From assembly GCA_016784165.1 (NCBI GenBank), contig JADHVD010000005.1:3385-67384 (forward strand): a stretch of DNA of 64,000 nucleotides, read 5' to 3'. The translations under genes were made by a program, and so were the position numbers. Of this stretch, positions 20,679 to 30,702 are shown in pieces (position 1 is the stretch's first letter; every line of letters starts with the position of its first letter). This DNA is from Candidatus Woesearchaeota archaeon. Lineage in GTDB: Archaea; Nanobdellota; Nanobdellia; Woesearchaeales; BS150m-G63. Under the pieces are notes generated by a model, which saw nothing but the letters and a program-made list of their open reading frames with translations, had not been told where the DNA came from and ran no database searches.

Positions 20679-21668
20679 TTACTTTTCTTTATTTTCTGTT
20701 TTACTCAACCAATAATCTAACATTTTAGAATCTTCTTCAGAGTCTATATCCAAAGATGTTGCAACACTATCTACTTCTATAAGCCTAAATCTAGTTCCTA
20801 AAAACTCAGAAGCTTTTTTATTAACATCAAAAACAGTTAAAGTTTTCTTAAAATATTTTACCACTTCTGGAAATGCATCTTTTGCGGTATAAAATAAATT
20901 TATTGGATCTTTTAATTTTCTTAAAGAATAAATCAAATCAATATTTTCAATACTTTTAATCTCTTCTGGATTTGCGTATGCCATATTTGATAATCTAAAT
21001 CCTCTTCTATGAAATTCTTCCTTACCCGAATCTTGGGCTTTTACATCAAAAACATCATCAATCATCCAAAAATAGGGTCTATTAAATATTTTAGATTTTC
21101 CTTGCATATTTTCTTTACCAATGATTGCATAAAAGGCATCATAATCTTTCATAAAAGGGGTGCATTGATCAACAAAAGAATCATAATCTTCAGGCGATGC
21201 CTTGGGGATATCACAAGGCAAAAATAACGCACATTCTCCATTTTTTTGTGCTTTAGAATTTTTATAACCTTCAATTCCATTTTTAACTAAACTACCTACT
21301 TGTTGAATATATTTTACAGGCATACCATAATCTTTATCCCCTAATATTGCCTCTAATCTTTCTTTTTCCCCTATAACAACTAAATCATCAATAGACTCTG
21401 CTTTTGCAATATTCTCAATAACTGCACTAACCATTGGAACTTTTTGAATTTCATTACCCACCCTAATTTTAATTTGCTTTAAAGGTTTATATTTTCCCCA
21501 AAAATAAGTTTCTCCATAAATTTTCTGATAATACCATCTAGCTAATTTAGTTTTTGGTGTATCTTTTACAGGTCCTCCTGCTAAAATAATCGCACTAACC
21601 ATATACCTTAAAAAACACCCGTCCAGTATAAAAACTTTTGCTTTATTACCATCACACAGGGAGAACAA
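20679..21668 (-). CDS. Nucleotidyltransferase-fold protein (MobA-like NTP-transferase family)
   Basis: MVSAIILAGGP ... LFLPCDIP. The likely true start is the internal MVSAII near 21602. Confidence 0.5.
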   Translation of the reverse strand: MFSLCDGNKAKVFILDGCFLRYMVSAIILAGGPVKDTPKTKLARWYYQKIYGETYFWGKYKPLKQIKIRVGNEIQKVPMVSAVIENIAKAESIDDLVVIGEKERLEAILGDKDYGMPVKYIQQVGSLVKNGIEGYKNSKAQKNGECALFLPCDIPKASPEDYDSFVDQCTPFMKDYDAFYAIIGKENMQGKSKIFNRPYFWMIDDVFDVKAQDSGKEEFHRRGFRLSNMAYANPEEIKSIENIDLIYSLRKLKDPINLFYTAKDAFPEVVKYFKKTLTVFDVNKKASEFLGTRFRLIEVDSVATSLDIDSEEDSKMLDYWLSKTENKEK

Positions 21669-21701
21669 ATCAAAAAGAAACCAAAAAAATTCAAATATCC
21701 A

Positions 21702-23633
21702 TCAACCAAAGAAATTCTTTACTTTGTCAACATATTCTTTACTAACTTTAACATCCCAATCATCTGGAAAACACCTAAGATAATGATTCCAAGCATATCT
21801 CTCATCTAAAAACACAATAATTCCTTTATCTTTTTCAGATCTAATACATCTTCCAGCATTTTGTAACACTTTAGTTATAGCAGGCAAAACATAACCATAA
21901 TCCCATCCTTTGTCAAATCTTTCATCATAATATTTAATTAACTCTTTAGTCTCTAAATCAGGCGGTTGTAAAGGAATACCCACAACTATAACGCCTTTCA
22001 AAAGATCTCCCGGTAAATCTATGCCCTCACCAAATGAACCTGCAGTAATCCCCAAAAACACCATCCCTTTTTCCTTATGTTTCTTAAATTGCTCCAATAA
22101 TTCTTTTTTCTCTTCTTTATTGGCTCCTTTTTTCTCAACAATAATCTTCCTATCACACAATTCATTAAAATAATGATAAACAGAATGCATCAACCCGTAA
22201 CTAGGAAAAAATATGATTGAATTTCCAGGAATATTATTAACAATTTCAGCCCCTATTCTTCCAATTTCTTTAAATTGCTCTTCACTTCTTGCAGAATATT
22301 TAGTAGTAGTTTTAGGTACAATCAAATTAAGCCGATTCTTTTCAGGAAATGGATTCCCATATATTTTCTCAACAGAGTTCTCAGGAAAACCTAACACATC
22401 TTTATACAAAGATGTGGGAGTCAAAGTACCACTCATAATTATCAAAGAATAAACCTCTTCAAACACATCAGAAGTCACCAAAGAAGGATCTAGACAACGA
22501 TAACTCAAAGTTATAAGGGGTGCAGTTTTATACTGTTTTTTTGACAATATTCTTGCATAACCCAAATCTAATCCTAGCCACCCATCCAAGAAACTTGCAA
22601 CAGCACCAATATAACTCTGTCTTTTTTCTTTTCTAATGTCATCGCCTATAGTATCTAATTGCTCAATCAATAAATCATACTCTTTTATTTCTCCAATTTT
22701 TTGAACAAAATCGACTTTATTAACCAAAATTTCGCCACCAAAATCTAATCCCTCTGCAAACCCAACCAACACCTCGTTTATCTTCTGCAATAATTCTCTA
22801 GCTTCTTTAAATCCATTTTCTCTAGCTTCTTTAATTGCCCTATTCATAGTAAAATTAGATAACTTAAGAGTCAACAAATCTCTAACCCTGTCAGGCAAAT
22901 TGTGTCCTTCATCAACAATCACTATCAAATCTTCTAATTCCTTGCCTATCTTATTCAAAAAAGTTGTACGAATAGATGAATTAAACAAATAAAAATAATC
23001 AGCAACAATCACTTTTGCTTTACTACACAAAGCCAATGCAATCTCATAAGGGCAGAGTTTCTCACTCACGCATTCTTTAACCAACTCTTCTGAATGTGAA
23101 GGGTACATAAATCCCAATTCATTTACAATTTTTTTAGCTTTAACTGTTAAATTTCTTTTTTCAATAGTATTAGAATAAAACTCACATTTACCTTCTTCCC
23201 TTTGTAATTTACAAAACTCTCTAAATTCATGAGCTGGAAATTTATCTATTCCTTGAACACCACACATCCATTTTTTTCCAATAATGTCTGCGACAACAAA
23301 TTCCTTTCCATTCTTTTTTTGATTATATGAAAAAAATTCTTTTAATTTTTTTGTACGGCTTGAGGAATTTTCTAAATTCTTCTTAATATCTTTCAAAGTA
23401 TCCATTGCAACAACATGTTGAGTATGCCTTGAAGTGAGAAACACTACAGTCTTATTTTTTTTTAATGCATAAAATAAAGCTGGACCTAGCACAGAAATAG
23501 TTTTTCCAATACCTGTTGGAGCATGCATCAATACTCTTTTCCCTTTTTCAATTGACTTACCCACATCATCCAACATCTCTTTTTGAATAGGCCTTATTGT
23601 GGAATAAGGAAACAAAATTTCACTTGGTTCCAT
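21702..23633 (-). CDS. xpd: XPD/Rad3-family 5-prime to 3-prime DNA helicase (Fe-S helicase)
   Basis: HAPTGIGKT Walker A, DEGHNL (DEAH-like) box, and a four-Cys Fe-S insertion (WMCG, FCKL, GKCEFY, LCPY). Confidence 0.9.
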   Translation of the reverse strand: MEPSEILFPYSTIRPIQKEMLDDVGKSIEKGKRVLMHAPTGIGKTISVLGPALFYALKKNKTVVFLTSRHTQHVVAMDTLKDIKKNLENSSSRTKKLKEFFSYNQKKNGKEFVVADIIGKKWMCGVQGIDKFPAHEFREFCKLQREEGKCEFYSNTIEKRNLTVKAKKIVNELGFMYPSHSEELVKECVSEKLCPYEIALALCSKAKVIVADYFYLFNSSIRTTFLNKIGKELEDLIVIVDEGHNLPDRVRDLLTLKLSNFTMNRAIKEARENGFKEARELLQKINEVLVGFAEGLDFGGEILVNKVDFVQKIGEIKEYDLLIEQLDTIGDDIRKEKRQSYIGAVASFLDGWLGLDLGYARILSKKQYKTAPLITLSYRCLDPSLVTSDVFEEVYSLIIMSGTLTPTSLYKDVLGFPENSVEKIYGNPFPEKNRLNLIVPKTTTKYSARSEEQFKEIGRIGAEIVNNIPGNSIIFFPSYGLMHSVYHYFNELCDRKIIVEKKGANKEEKKELLEQFKKHKEKGMVFLGITAGSFGEGIDLPGDLLKGVIVVGIPLQPPDLETKELIKYYDERFDKGWDYGYVLPAITKVLQNAGRCIRSEKDKGIIVFLDERYAWNHYLRCFPDDWDVKVSKEYVDKVKNFFG

Positions 23634-23801
23634 ACTTAATTAAAAAAACAACCACTTAATAAATCTTATGGAGTCAATCTTGAAATATTTTCACAAAAAA
23701 GTATATTCTACAACCTATATAATGAAAAATAGCAATATTTAAATAACTTTAAACAACCCTATAATTTAAAACATATATCAGATTAGATACTGGGGGTTTT
23801 A

Positions 23802-24071
23802 ATGAATAATAAAAAAATTTTCAATGTATTTTTTAGGGAAAAACCAGCAATGATGTTGGTAACTTTAAAAAACTCAAAAGATGGCACTTATGCGTCTTCT
23901 TTAGCTAAGAAAATAGATTGCACTTATTCTCATGTTGTTAAAATCCTTCAAGAAATGGAAAGAGCTGGACTGGTTAATTTCAACAAACAAGGAAGATTAA
24001 AAGTATTAACTTTAACCAAAAAAGGCGAAAAAATAGCAGAATATATTGATAACATTAAAAGCACTTTATAA
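23802..24071 (+). CDS. Small winged-helix transcription regulator
   Basis: YASSLAKKIDCTYSHVVKILQEMERAGLV is an HTH pattern. Confidence 0.6.
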   Translation: MNNKKIFNVFFREKPAMMLVTLKNSKDGTYASSLAKKIDCTYSHVVKILQEMERAGLVNFNKQGRLKVLTLTKKGEKIAEYIDNIKSTL

Positions 24072-24104
24072 AAATATTTAAAATCTAATTTTTAATTTTT
24101 TAAC

Positions 24105-25547
24105 TTAACTTTCAACAATTTTTTCTTCAATAGAATATTTAGTTAACACTTGTTTTGCAATATCCACAAACTTATCTTCATATTCTGTTGCAAATAATGC
24201 TCCAGCAGCATGTTTATGTCCACCTGCTTCTCCATCAACTTCCTCAGCAATCTTCTGTATAATCACACGCAAATCAACTTCTTCAGCAATATTACGCCCA
24301 GCAACCCTCATTGAAGCTTTTGTATTATCATCAAGCATTTGAGCCATAGAAAGAATATAATGCCCATCTTCAAATTCATTTGATTTTGATAATATACTAG
24401 CCATTGTACCGGCAACACTTGCAAGAATATTATCTTTAGCATTTATAATTGTAAATTTATTCCCATTAAAAATATTATTAGAATTTTTATTTGAATGATA
24501 CCAATCTAAAGATATAGCTATTTCTCTTCTATAATTTTTCATACTTTTCATAGCTGATTCTTTTGATTTTTTATCACCTAAACAAACTCCAATTCCCAAA
24601 GAAGCACGCTCCAATCGTCCACACGCATTCAATAAAGTTGAAAATTCTTTCACATCTTTCAAAGGGGAACCTTCTTTTTCTTCAACTAAAAGATATGAAT
24701 TAGAAAAAATATCCTCTGGATCTTCTTCTTTTGATCTTTTCATGATTATTCCTGCACGCAATCTTTCCATTTGCTCTTTATTTAAATCTCTTATCTTAAC
24801 TCTTTCTACCCTTTTATCATCAATCCCTACAACGTGTTTTAAGAATAGAATTGCGCCGCCCATAGAACCACTAATATCTGGAATATAGGGGTTATCTGTA
24901 TATTGAAGAATTCTGAACAAAGGGCGTGTTTGTTTCCCAAAAAATTTAAGTCCATTTTCTATAACTTCAAGTTTTTTAGCTTTAACAGCATCATCTAATA
25001 TCTCTAAATTCAAACTAGAAAAACCATTTTCATCCTGAATATCCCCAATAGCCCCAATTATTCCAAGATGTGCTAAGACCTTATTTTTACTATTAAGTTT
25101 CCTAGAAAAAAAGTAAGCAACTCCAGCTCCAGAAATTTCTGTTCCACCTTCAATCCCAAAAAGATTTGGATTAATATGTGTAACATTTTGCGCAATAGCT
25201 TTCTCTGGCTTATGGTGATCTAAAATTAAAATAGATTTATCTTTTAATATACTACCCATTGAAGAAATTTTACCAGAACCTAAATCAGTAAAAATAAAAT
25301 GTTTATATTCTTCCCTAGAATATTCATGTAGATTTTCATCTCCCAATTGTCTAATGATGGAGATAGAATAGCGCCGATTTTCATTATCTAAAGCGTTTAA
25401 CATAACCGCACAAGCACTAATACCATCTGCATCTAAGTGGGAGATTACACGTATAACTTCTTTTTTATCTATACGCTTAAACCACTTCACTGCTTCTTCA
25501 AAACTTTGCTTAAATTTAGCATATTTATCCATATGATTACTCTGCAA
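24105..25547 (-). CDS. DHH/DHHA1 phosphoesterase, archaeal RecJ/GAN-like nuclease
   Basis: ISHLDADGISA (DHH motifs), LDHHKP, and GGHKHAAGA (DHHA1). Confidence 0.85.
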   Translation of the reverse strand: MQSNHMDKYAKFKQSFEEAVKWFKRIDKKEVIRVISHLDADGISACAVMLNALDNENRRYSISIIRQLGDENLHEYSREEYKHFIFTDLGSGKISSMGSILKDKSILILDHHKPEKAIAQNVTHINPNLFGIEGGTEISGAGVAYFFSRKLNSKNKVLAHLGIIGAIGDIQDENGFSSLNLEILDDAVKAKKLEVIENGLKFFGKQTRPLFRILQYTDNPYIPDISGSMGGAILFLKHVVGIDDKRVERVKIRDLNKEQMERLRAGIIMKRSKEEDPEDIFSNSYLLVEEKEGSPLKDVKEFSTLLNACGRLERASLGIGVCLGDKKSKESAMKSMKNYRREIAISLDWYHSNKNSNNIFNGNKFTIINAKDNILASVAGTMASILSKSNEFEDGHYILSMAQMLDDNTKASMRVAGRNIAEEVDLRVIIQKIAEEVDGEAGGHKHAAGALFATEYEDKFVDIAKQVLTKYSIEEKIVES

Positions 25548-26003
25548 TTACTCTGCAATTAATTTAAATCTGTTTTCATCATATTTCCAATCTTTAGATA
25601 ATACACCAGTTCTCTTGTAGTATTTGATAAGTCTATTAATTTTTGAATCTGTAAGTTGTGATCCTCTCTTAGCAGTCATATCTTGTCTATTTTCTCCAAA
25701 ATGTTTTTTTAGATTAACAGACCTTTTAATTAAATTAAGTAAATCTTCTGGAAGTTCACCCAATAGATCATATTCTTTCAAAATTTGAGAAACTCCTTTT
25801 CCAATAATATCTTTTACACTAGGAATTCCATAAGAATCTCTTAAAATAAGTCCTATTTTAGATGATTTATTTCCATCTTTAGCTAACTTTAAAATTAAAA
25901 GCTCAACTTCTTTAGATTTATATCTTACCCAATCTTTTTTTTCTCGAGTACTTGGTCTAGTACTTCCACTTTTTCCTTTATCCCTTGAATGCATTCTTGC
26001 CAT
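25548..26003 (-). CDS. rps15: Ribosomal protein uS15 (S15P/S13e)
   Basis: MARMHSRDKGKSGSTRP N-terminus; 151 aa. Confidence 0.9.
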   Translation of the reverse strand: MARMHSRDKGKSGSTRPSTREKKDWVRYKSKEVELLILKLAKDGNKSSKIGLILRDSYGIPSVKDIIGKGVSQILKEYDLLGELPEDLLNLIKRSVNLKKHFGENRQDMTAKRGSQLTDSKINRLIKYYKRTGVLSKDWKYDENRFKLIAE

Positions 26004-26283
26004 TTTTTATGAACCTCGTGTTTTTAAGGGTAAATAAAAAACCTGAAAACGAGTATTAACAAGTATTCTGGTTTTAAACCCTTAACTATTTTTTAATCAA
26101 GATATGTGAGAAAGAATTATTATCTTATCTCCAGCATGAAAAAGCCCATTTGAACCGTTTCATCTCTCAATACCCTTATAAAAAAATCAAACCCTTTTAA
26201 ACCTTTCGGATTATCAAAAATATATCATAACTCTAGAATAGAAAACATTAAATAATATAATCACTCCAAAAATAAATGGGGAG

Positions 26284-26841
26284 GTGAATAATAATAAAAG
26301 TAGTAGTAAAACTATTAATAATAAAAGGGTAAAATTAATGACTAAAAAGAGAAATTATAAACAAATTCAATTGTACACTTTATTTGATACTCTATCTCAC
26401 TATATTTACAATCAAGATGAATTGGGAACTATTGTTGGTTATAGCGTCTTAGATGGATTATTTAAATTCAAATCACAATCTGGTTCTAAACAAGAGAGAA
26501 AATTTCAAGAAATAAAATCAGTTTACAATAGTTTAGATTATGTAATAACTTCTTGTAAGGATAGTACTAGCTATATTGCACTCTGTAAATTTCAATCAAA
26601 TTTAGATCCCATAATCCAAAAATATATTTCTGGGGAAAGAACTAAATTAAGTGAGAGTTATCTGCTTAAAAAAGTTTTAAGGGAAGAGATTTATCCTAAG
26701 AGAAAAAATCATGTAGACATTCTCAGAAGAGATGGATTAAAACTTTACAAAGGTATAATCGAAAGAGGTGCATTAATGGGTAATCATAATATTTTAACTA
26801 AAGACTACAATAATATTGAAGAGGCTTTTAATTTAAAATGA
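26284..26841 (+). CDS. Hypothetical protein, 4-nt overlap with the downstream PhoH-like gene
   Basis: No recognisable motif. GGGGAGGTG precedes the GTG start, and an alternative ATG lies at 26338. Confidence 0.4.
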   Translation: MNNNKSSSKTINNKRVKLMTKKRNYKQIQLYTLFDTLSHYIYNQDELGTIVGYSVLDGLFKFKSQSGSKQERKFQEIKSVYNSLDYVITSCKDSTSYIALCKFQSNLDPIIQKYISGERTKLSESYLLKKVLREEIYPKRKNHVDILRRDGLKLYKGIIERGALMGNHNILTKDYNNIEEAFNLK

Positions 26842-28424
26842 CCAAGAATACAGAGTATCATGAAATTTTTGTTCCATTTAAAGATGTATATAAATTAGGT
26901 GGGGCTGAAATTTTTAAACAATTTGAACGTAATAAAAAAAACCAAAAAAATTTAGTAGTTATACCCATAGATTTTATTGATTCTTTAGATAATCCTCAAG
27001 AAAATTATATGGGTGGAGCTGAAGATGTTCTTAAATTCTTAAAAAAAACAAATAAAGAAAAAATTAGATCTACAAATGGAATCACCACCTATAAAGTTTT
27101 ACAAGGATTAGATATTGCAATTATTGATGACAACACACAAAAAAATTGTCCAGAAGTCTACTATTATGACGATAATAACGGAGTTTCGATGAGTAAATTA
27201 GAAGAAAAAATTACCTCTCAATGGAACATTAAAGAGAAACCTATATTTATAACAAACAATGCTAAAACCCACATTAAATTAGGGGGGTATGGGATACATA
27301 TTGAAGATCCTTATTTTTTACAAGTAAATGAAGATATTGTTAATGAGGGAATAATCATTGGAAATGAAGAATTGCAATCTGAACTTTACTCTCAGGAAGG
27401 GTTAATATCTCTAGAAAACGCAATGGACATTCTTGAAAGAGATCTATTTGTTAATCAGTTCATCCGTTTTATGGGACACAAGGATTATGAATACGCAAAA
27501 GTTTCTGCAGACTTCATCAAAAATAGTTCTGGGGAAATCATAGATAAAAAAAATGGACTTGTAGAATTATTATCCCCTCAAGAACACAGCAAAAAACTCA
27601 GAATCGGAAATCATTACATGAATGAAATATTGGGCATTCAACCCAGAGATATGGAACAATATCTTGCATTTCAGTACGGACTTCTAAATCCAGATGTATC
27701 CCTATTCGTACTATGTGGTTCTCAAGGTTCTGGTAAAACTTTATTGAGTTATGTCGCTGCAATAGATCAAGTGTTATGGTATGAAAAATCTATAAGAAAA
27801 CTAAGGAACACAGGTGAAATAGGAAAAGGAGGAGTTTTCAAGCAAATGATACTCTTAAAACCTAATGAAATAATGGGTGGAAAACGTAGAGATGTTGGAT
27901 TTTTACCTGGCTCTTTGTATGAAAAACTAAAACCCCATTTAGCACCTTATATTGATGCCCATAGAGAATCTTCCCTTAATGATTTATTTCCTTTTGAAGA
28001 AATGCTTAAACATCCTAAATTTACTAATGATTTCGGTGCACCAAGAGAAGATTGCATAAATAACATAAAAATCAATCAATATGGCCGCCTCCCATCAAAT
28101 ATAGAAATGATTGAAATGACTTATTCTGGTTATATGAGGGGCAGATCTTTCCGAGATTCCCTCGTCCTAATCGATGAAGCTCAAAATTTAACACCTTATG
28201 AAGTCAAAACAATCATTCAAAGACTTGGGGAAGGTTGCAAAGGAATTATAATGGGAGATCCAGCTCAAGTTGACAATCCTTTCTGTTCTAGAGAAATCAA
28301 TGGATTAACTCATGCTATTCAACATTATATCCATAGAGATTATTCGGCATTGGTCAATCTAACACGAAACTACCGTTCACAAATGTCTAAAGATGCTACT
28401 TCTTGGAAAGCTTTTAGCACTTAA
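26838..28424 (+). CDS. PhoH-like ATPase with an N-terminal PIN-like domain (YlaK architecture)
   Basis: Walker A LCGSQGSGKT, Walker B LVLIDEAQNL and GDPAQVDNP. The N-terminal 250 aa has a PIN-like VVIPIDFIDSLDN. Confidence 0.8.
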   Translation: MTKNTEYHEIFVPFKDVYKLGGAEIFKQFERNKKNQKNLVVIPIDFIDSLDNPQENYMGGAEDVLKFLKKTNKEKIRSTNGITTYKVLQGLDIAIIDDNTQKNCPEVYYYDDNNGVSMSKLEEKITSQWNIKEKPIFITNNAKTHIKLGGYGIHIEDPYFLQVNEDIVNEGIIIGNEELQSELYSQEGLISLENAMDILERDLFVNQFIRFMGHKDYEYAKVSADFIKNSSGEIIDKKNGLVELLSPQEHSKKLRIGNHYMNEILGIQPRDMEQYLAFQYGLLNPDVSLFVLCGSQGSGKTLLSYVAAIDQVLWYEKSIRKLRNTGEIGKGGVFKQMILLKPNEIMGGKRRDVGFLPGSLYEKLKPHLAPYIDAHRESSLNDLFPFEEMLKHPKFTNDFGAPREDCINNIKINQYGRLPSNIEMIEMTYSGYMRGRSFRDSLVLIDEAQNLTPYEVKTIIQRLGEGCKGIIMGDPAQVDNPFCSREINGLTHAIQHYIHRDYSALVNLTRNYRSQMSKDATSWKAFST

Positions 28425-28458
28425 TTAAAAAAATCTTAATTAAAAAGAAACAAAAAAG

Positions 28459-28563
28459 TAGCCCCGCTCGGATTTGAACCGAGGTCCCGGGACATTTCCG
28501 AAAGGATAATTTCTCACCCATTTCTCCAAAATCCCGGATGATTGGCCGCTACACTACGGGGCT
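28459..28563 (-). tRNA. tRNA-Gln (anticodon UUG) with a roughly 32-nt intron at the canonical 37/38 position
   Basis: Perfect 7-bp acceptor stem (AGCCCCG/CGGGGCT, A1:U72), T-arm CTCGG-TTCAAAT-CCGAG, anticodon stem CGGGA/TCCCG and loop UUUUGG(A). No CCA is encoded, and a T-run follows. Confidence 0.85.
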
Positions 28564-28603
28564 ATCTTATACACGATTAAGAATTAAAATGTAATATTTA
28601 AAA

Positions 28604-29338
28604 CTATTGTTTCCAGAACTCTAAAGCTTCTTCTTCCATAAAATGTAGTTTTCCAGGAATAATTAAACATTGAGGAAATTTAGTAAATTCAGCAGAAATA
28701 ATCTCTTTTATCTTGCCAAACCTAATCTCTGGTGCATCTGAACCTATCCCAGCACAACCGACTACACTTAATTCACTATCCAACCCTTTCTCCACTAAAA
28801 ATTCTAAAGCAGTATTTATAGTCATAAATTTATCTTGTTCTGGCCTTAAATCCAATAAAACCAAACTGTGCAAACCATTCTTTTGATTCTCCAGCACAAC
28901 CTCAACAGGCGCTCTCACATCTTTGTTCTCAAAAGGTATTGAGGTAACCTTACCGTATTTATACAACTCAAGTCCTACAACGCCCACTGCACTCAAAATA
29001 GAAGCATTGTGAATGATTTTAACTTTAATTCCATCCTTTTTAGCTCTCATCATCAGCTCAATATGGGTTGTAGCGCCAAAAACATCTCCAATCACTAAAA
29101 AAGCAACATTCTTAGTCTTAGCATCTTTTAGTATAGTCTCATCAGCCTTCTGTTCAACTAATTCACGATCAGCCAAAATAATCTTTTGCCCATAAAACTC
29201 TTCCAATTTTTCAACAGAACAAGCTAATTTAGAGGTATAACTCTCTAAATAAACAACATCAGCACCCTTAACAACTTCCAAGCCTTTAACACTAATGTCT
29301 TTCTCGTCATTCAGCCCAATTCCTATAAAATATAACAT
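28604..29338 (-). CDS. dph5: Diphthine synthase
   Basis: MLYFIGIGLNDEKDISVKGLEVVKGADVVYLESYTS is typical of Dph5. Confidence 0.9.
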   Translation of the reverse strand: MLYFIGIGLNDEKDISVKGLEVVKGADVVYLESYTSKLACSVEKLEEFYGQKIILADRELVEQKADETILKDAKTKNVAFLVIGDVFGATTHIELMMRAKKDGIKVKIIHNASILSAVGVVGLELYKYGKVTSIPFENKDVRAPVEVVLENQKNGLHSLVLLDLRPEQDKFMTINTALEFLVEKGLDSELSVVGCAGIGSDAPEIRFGKIKEIISAEFTKFPQCLIIPGKLHFMEEEALEFWKQ

Positions 29339-29376
29339 AAATCCAAGAAAACATGGTTTTCTTTATAAAATTAACT

Positions 29377-29458
29377 AGAAAGAAAAAAAAGAAGAAAAAA
29401 GAAAGAAATTAATAAAATAGAAATAAGAGAAAAAGAAAAAAAGGGAAAGGAAAAAAAA
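29377..29458. repeat. Polypurine/polypyrimidine tract
   Basis: Pure A/G runs at 29377-29408 and 29425-29458, with only a few T between them. Confidence 0.8.
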
Positions 29459-29514
29459 TCACCTCTTTCTTCCCCTATAATTCACCTCGAATTTCCCTAT
29501 AAACAAAACCATAA

Positions 29515-29542
29515 AAATAAAAAAAGAAATCCCCCGAGGGGG
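29515..29542 (-). terminator. Hairpin CCCCCTCGGGGG followed by a T-rich run downstream of ftsZ
   Basis: The minus strand reads CCCCCTCGGGGGATTTCTTTTTTTATTTTT. Confidence 0.5.
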
Positions 29543-29551
29543 ATAATAAAT

Positions 29552-29594
29552 GCCTTCATCAATTTAGCGTTGGGGGTGGTAAAAAAATGAAGGC
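29552..29594 (-). other. Hairpin (GCCTTCAT/ATGAAGGC) with ACCACCCCC in the loop
   Basis: 8-bp stem with a 27-nt loop, lying between the ftsZ stop and the terminator hairpin. It shares a 9-mer with the hairpin at 20480-20533. Confidence 0.3.
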
Positions 29595-29622
29595 AAGAAA
29601 GGCCTCACCTAATCATTGGTGA

Positions 29623-30702
29623 TCATCTATCCATGATTTCTATACCTAATTCTTCATTCATCAAGGCAGCTGTTTCAGCAGCTTGAGTCTTAGCGTCCAT
29701 TTTACCAAGAATCCAAGGGGATTTCACACCTGTAATAATTGTCATTACAGTTACTTTTCCCTTCATATTTTCATCAATTCTTGCTCCCCAAATGACATTT
29801 GCGTCTTCATCTAGGCTTTCAGTCACTAATTCTCCAATTTCGCTGATTTCATCCAAAGTTAAATCTGGTCCACCGCATACATGGATTAATGCGCCACTAG
29901 CTCCCTTATAACTTATATCTAATAAGGGGTTTGTTAATGCGCCTTTTACGGCTTCTTCAACTTTGTTAGTAGTATCTGATGCACCTACACCAATAGCTGC
30001 AACACCACCATCTTTCATAATTGCCCTTACATCTGCATAATCTAAATTAACTAAACTTGGTACAGCAATAGTTTCAACAATCCCTTTAATCATAGTTGAA
30101 ATTAGTTCGTTTGCTACTGCAAATGCTTGTTGTATTGGTAAATTACCTGCTATTTCAACAAGTCTATTGTTATCAATAACAATAACTGTATCTGCAACTT
30201 GCCTTAGTTGTTGTAAACCAAATTCAGCTTTATCTACTCTAGCTCTTTCAACTTTGAAAGGCATTGTAACTGTTCCAATAACTATTGAATTAGTATCTCT
30301 AGCAACACCTGCTACAACTGGTGCAGCACCTGTTCCAGTTCCTCCACCCATTCCTGCACATACAAATACCATATCAGATCCTTTCAAAGAATCTTTAATT
30401 TCTTGCATACTTTCCTGAGCTGCGTCAGTACCTTTAGCTGGATAACCGCCAGCTCCAAGACCTCGAGTGCTTTCTCTACCAATTAAATATTTTCTATCTG
30501 CCTCAGAAACATCTAAATGTTGTTGATCTGTATTACATGCAATAATTTCTGCTCCCTTGATTCCCTTCTTATATAACCAAGAAACCATATTATTACCTGC
30601 TCCACCAACTCCTATAACTTTAATATTTGCTTGATGCACCTTAATCCCTTCAAATTGTTTACTGTCTGTGTTATCAACTGCGTTTTGTATTATTTCCTCC
30701 AT
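29623..30702 (-). CDS. ftsZ: Cell division protein FtsZ
   Basis: GVGGAGNN and the tubulin signature GMGGGTGTGAAPV. Confidence 0.95.
   Translation of the reverse strand: MEEIIQNAVDNTDSKQFEGIKVHQANIKVIGVGGAGNNMVSWLYKKGIKGAEIIACNTDQQHLDVSEADRKYLIGRESTRGLGAGGYPAKGTDAAQESMQEIKDSLKGSDMVFVCAGMGGGTGTGAAPVVAGVARDTNSIVIGTVTMPFKVERARVDKAEFGLQQLRQVADTVIVIDNNRLVEIAGNLPIQQAFAVANELISTMIKGIVETIAVPSLVNLDYADVRAIMKDGGVAAIGVGASDTTNKVEEAVKGALTNPLLDISYKGASGALIHVCGGPDLTLDEISEIGELVTESLDEDANVIWGARIDENMKGKVTVMTIITGVKSPWILGKMDAKTQAAETAALMNEELGIEIMDR

Noticed and set aside
20679-21668. The N-terminal 22 residues of the nucleotidyltransferase ORF (MFSLCDGNKAKVF...).
   Set aside because: The conserved NTP-transferase N-terminus (MVSAIILAGG) begins at an internal Met, so the upstream extension is probably not translated.
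26100-26230. Short matches to the tRNA-Gln gene and intron (ATTTGAACCG, GTGAGAAA, CCTTTCGGA) that might mark an att site for the PhoH cassette.
   Set aside because: The matches are 8-10 nt, non-colinear and in AT-rich context, which is insufficient to claim an integration site.
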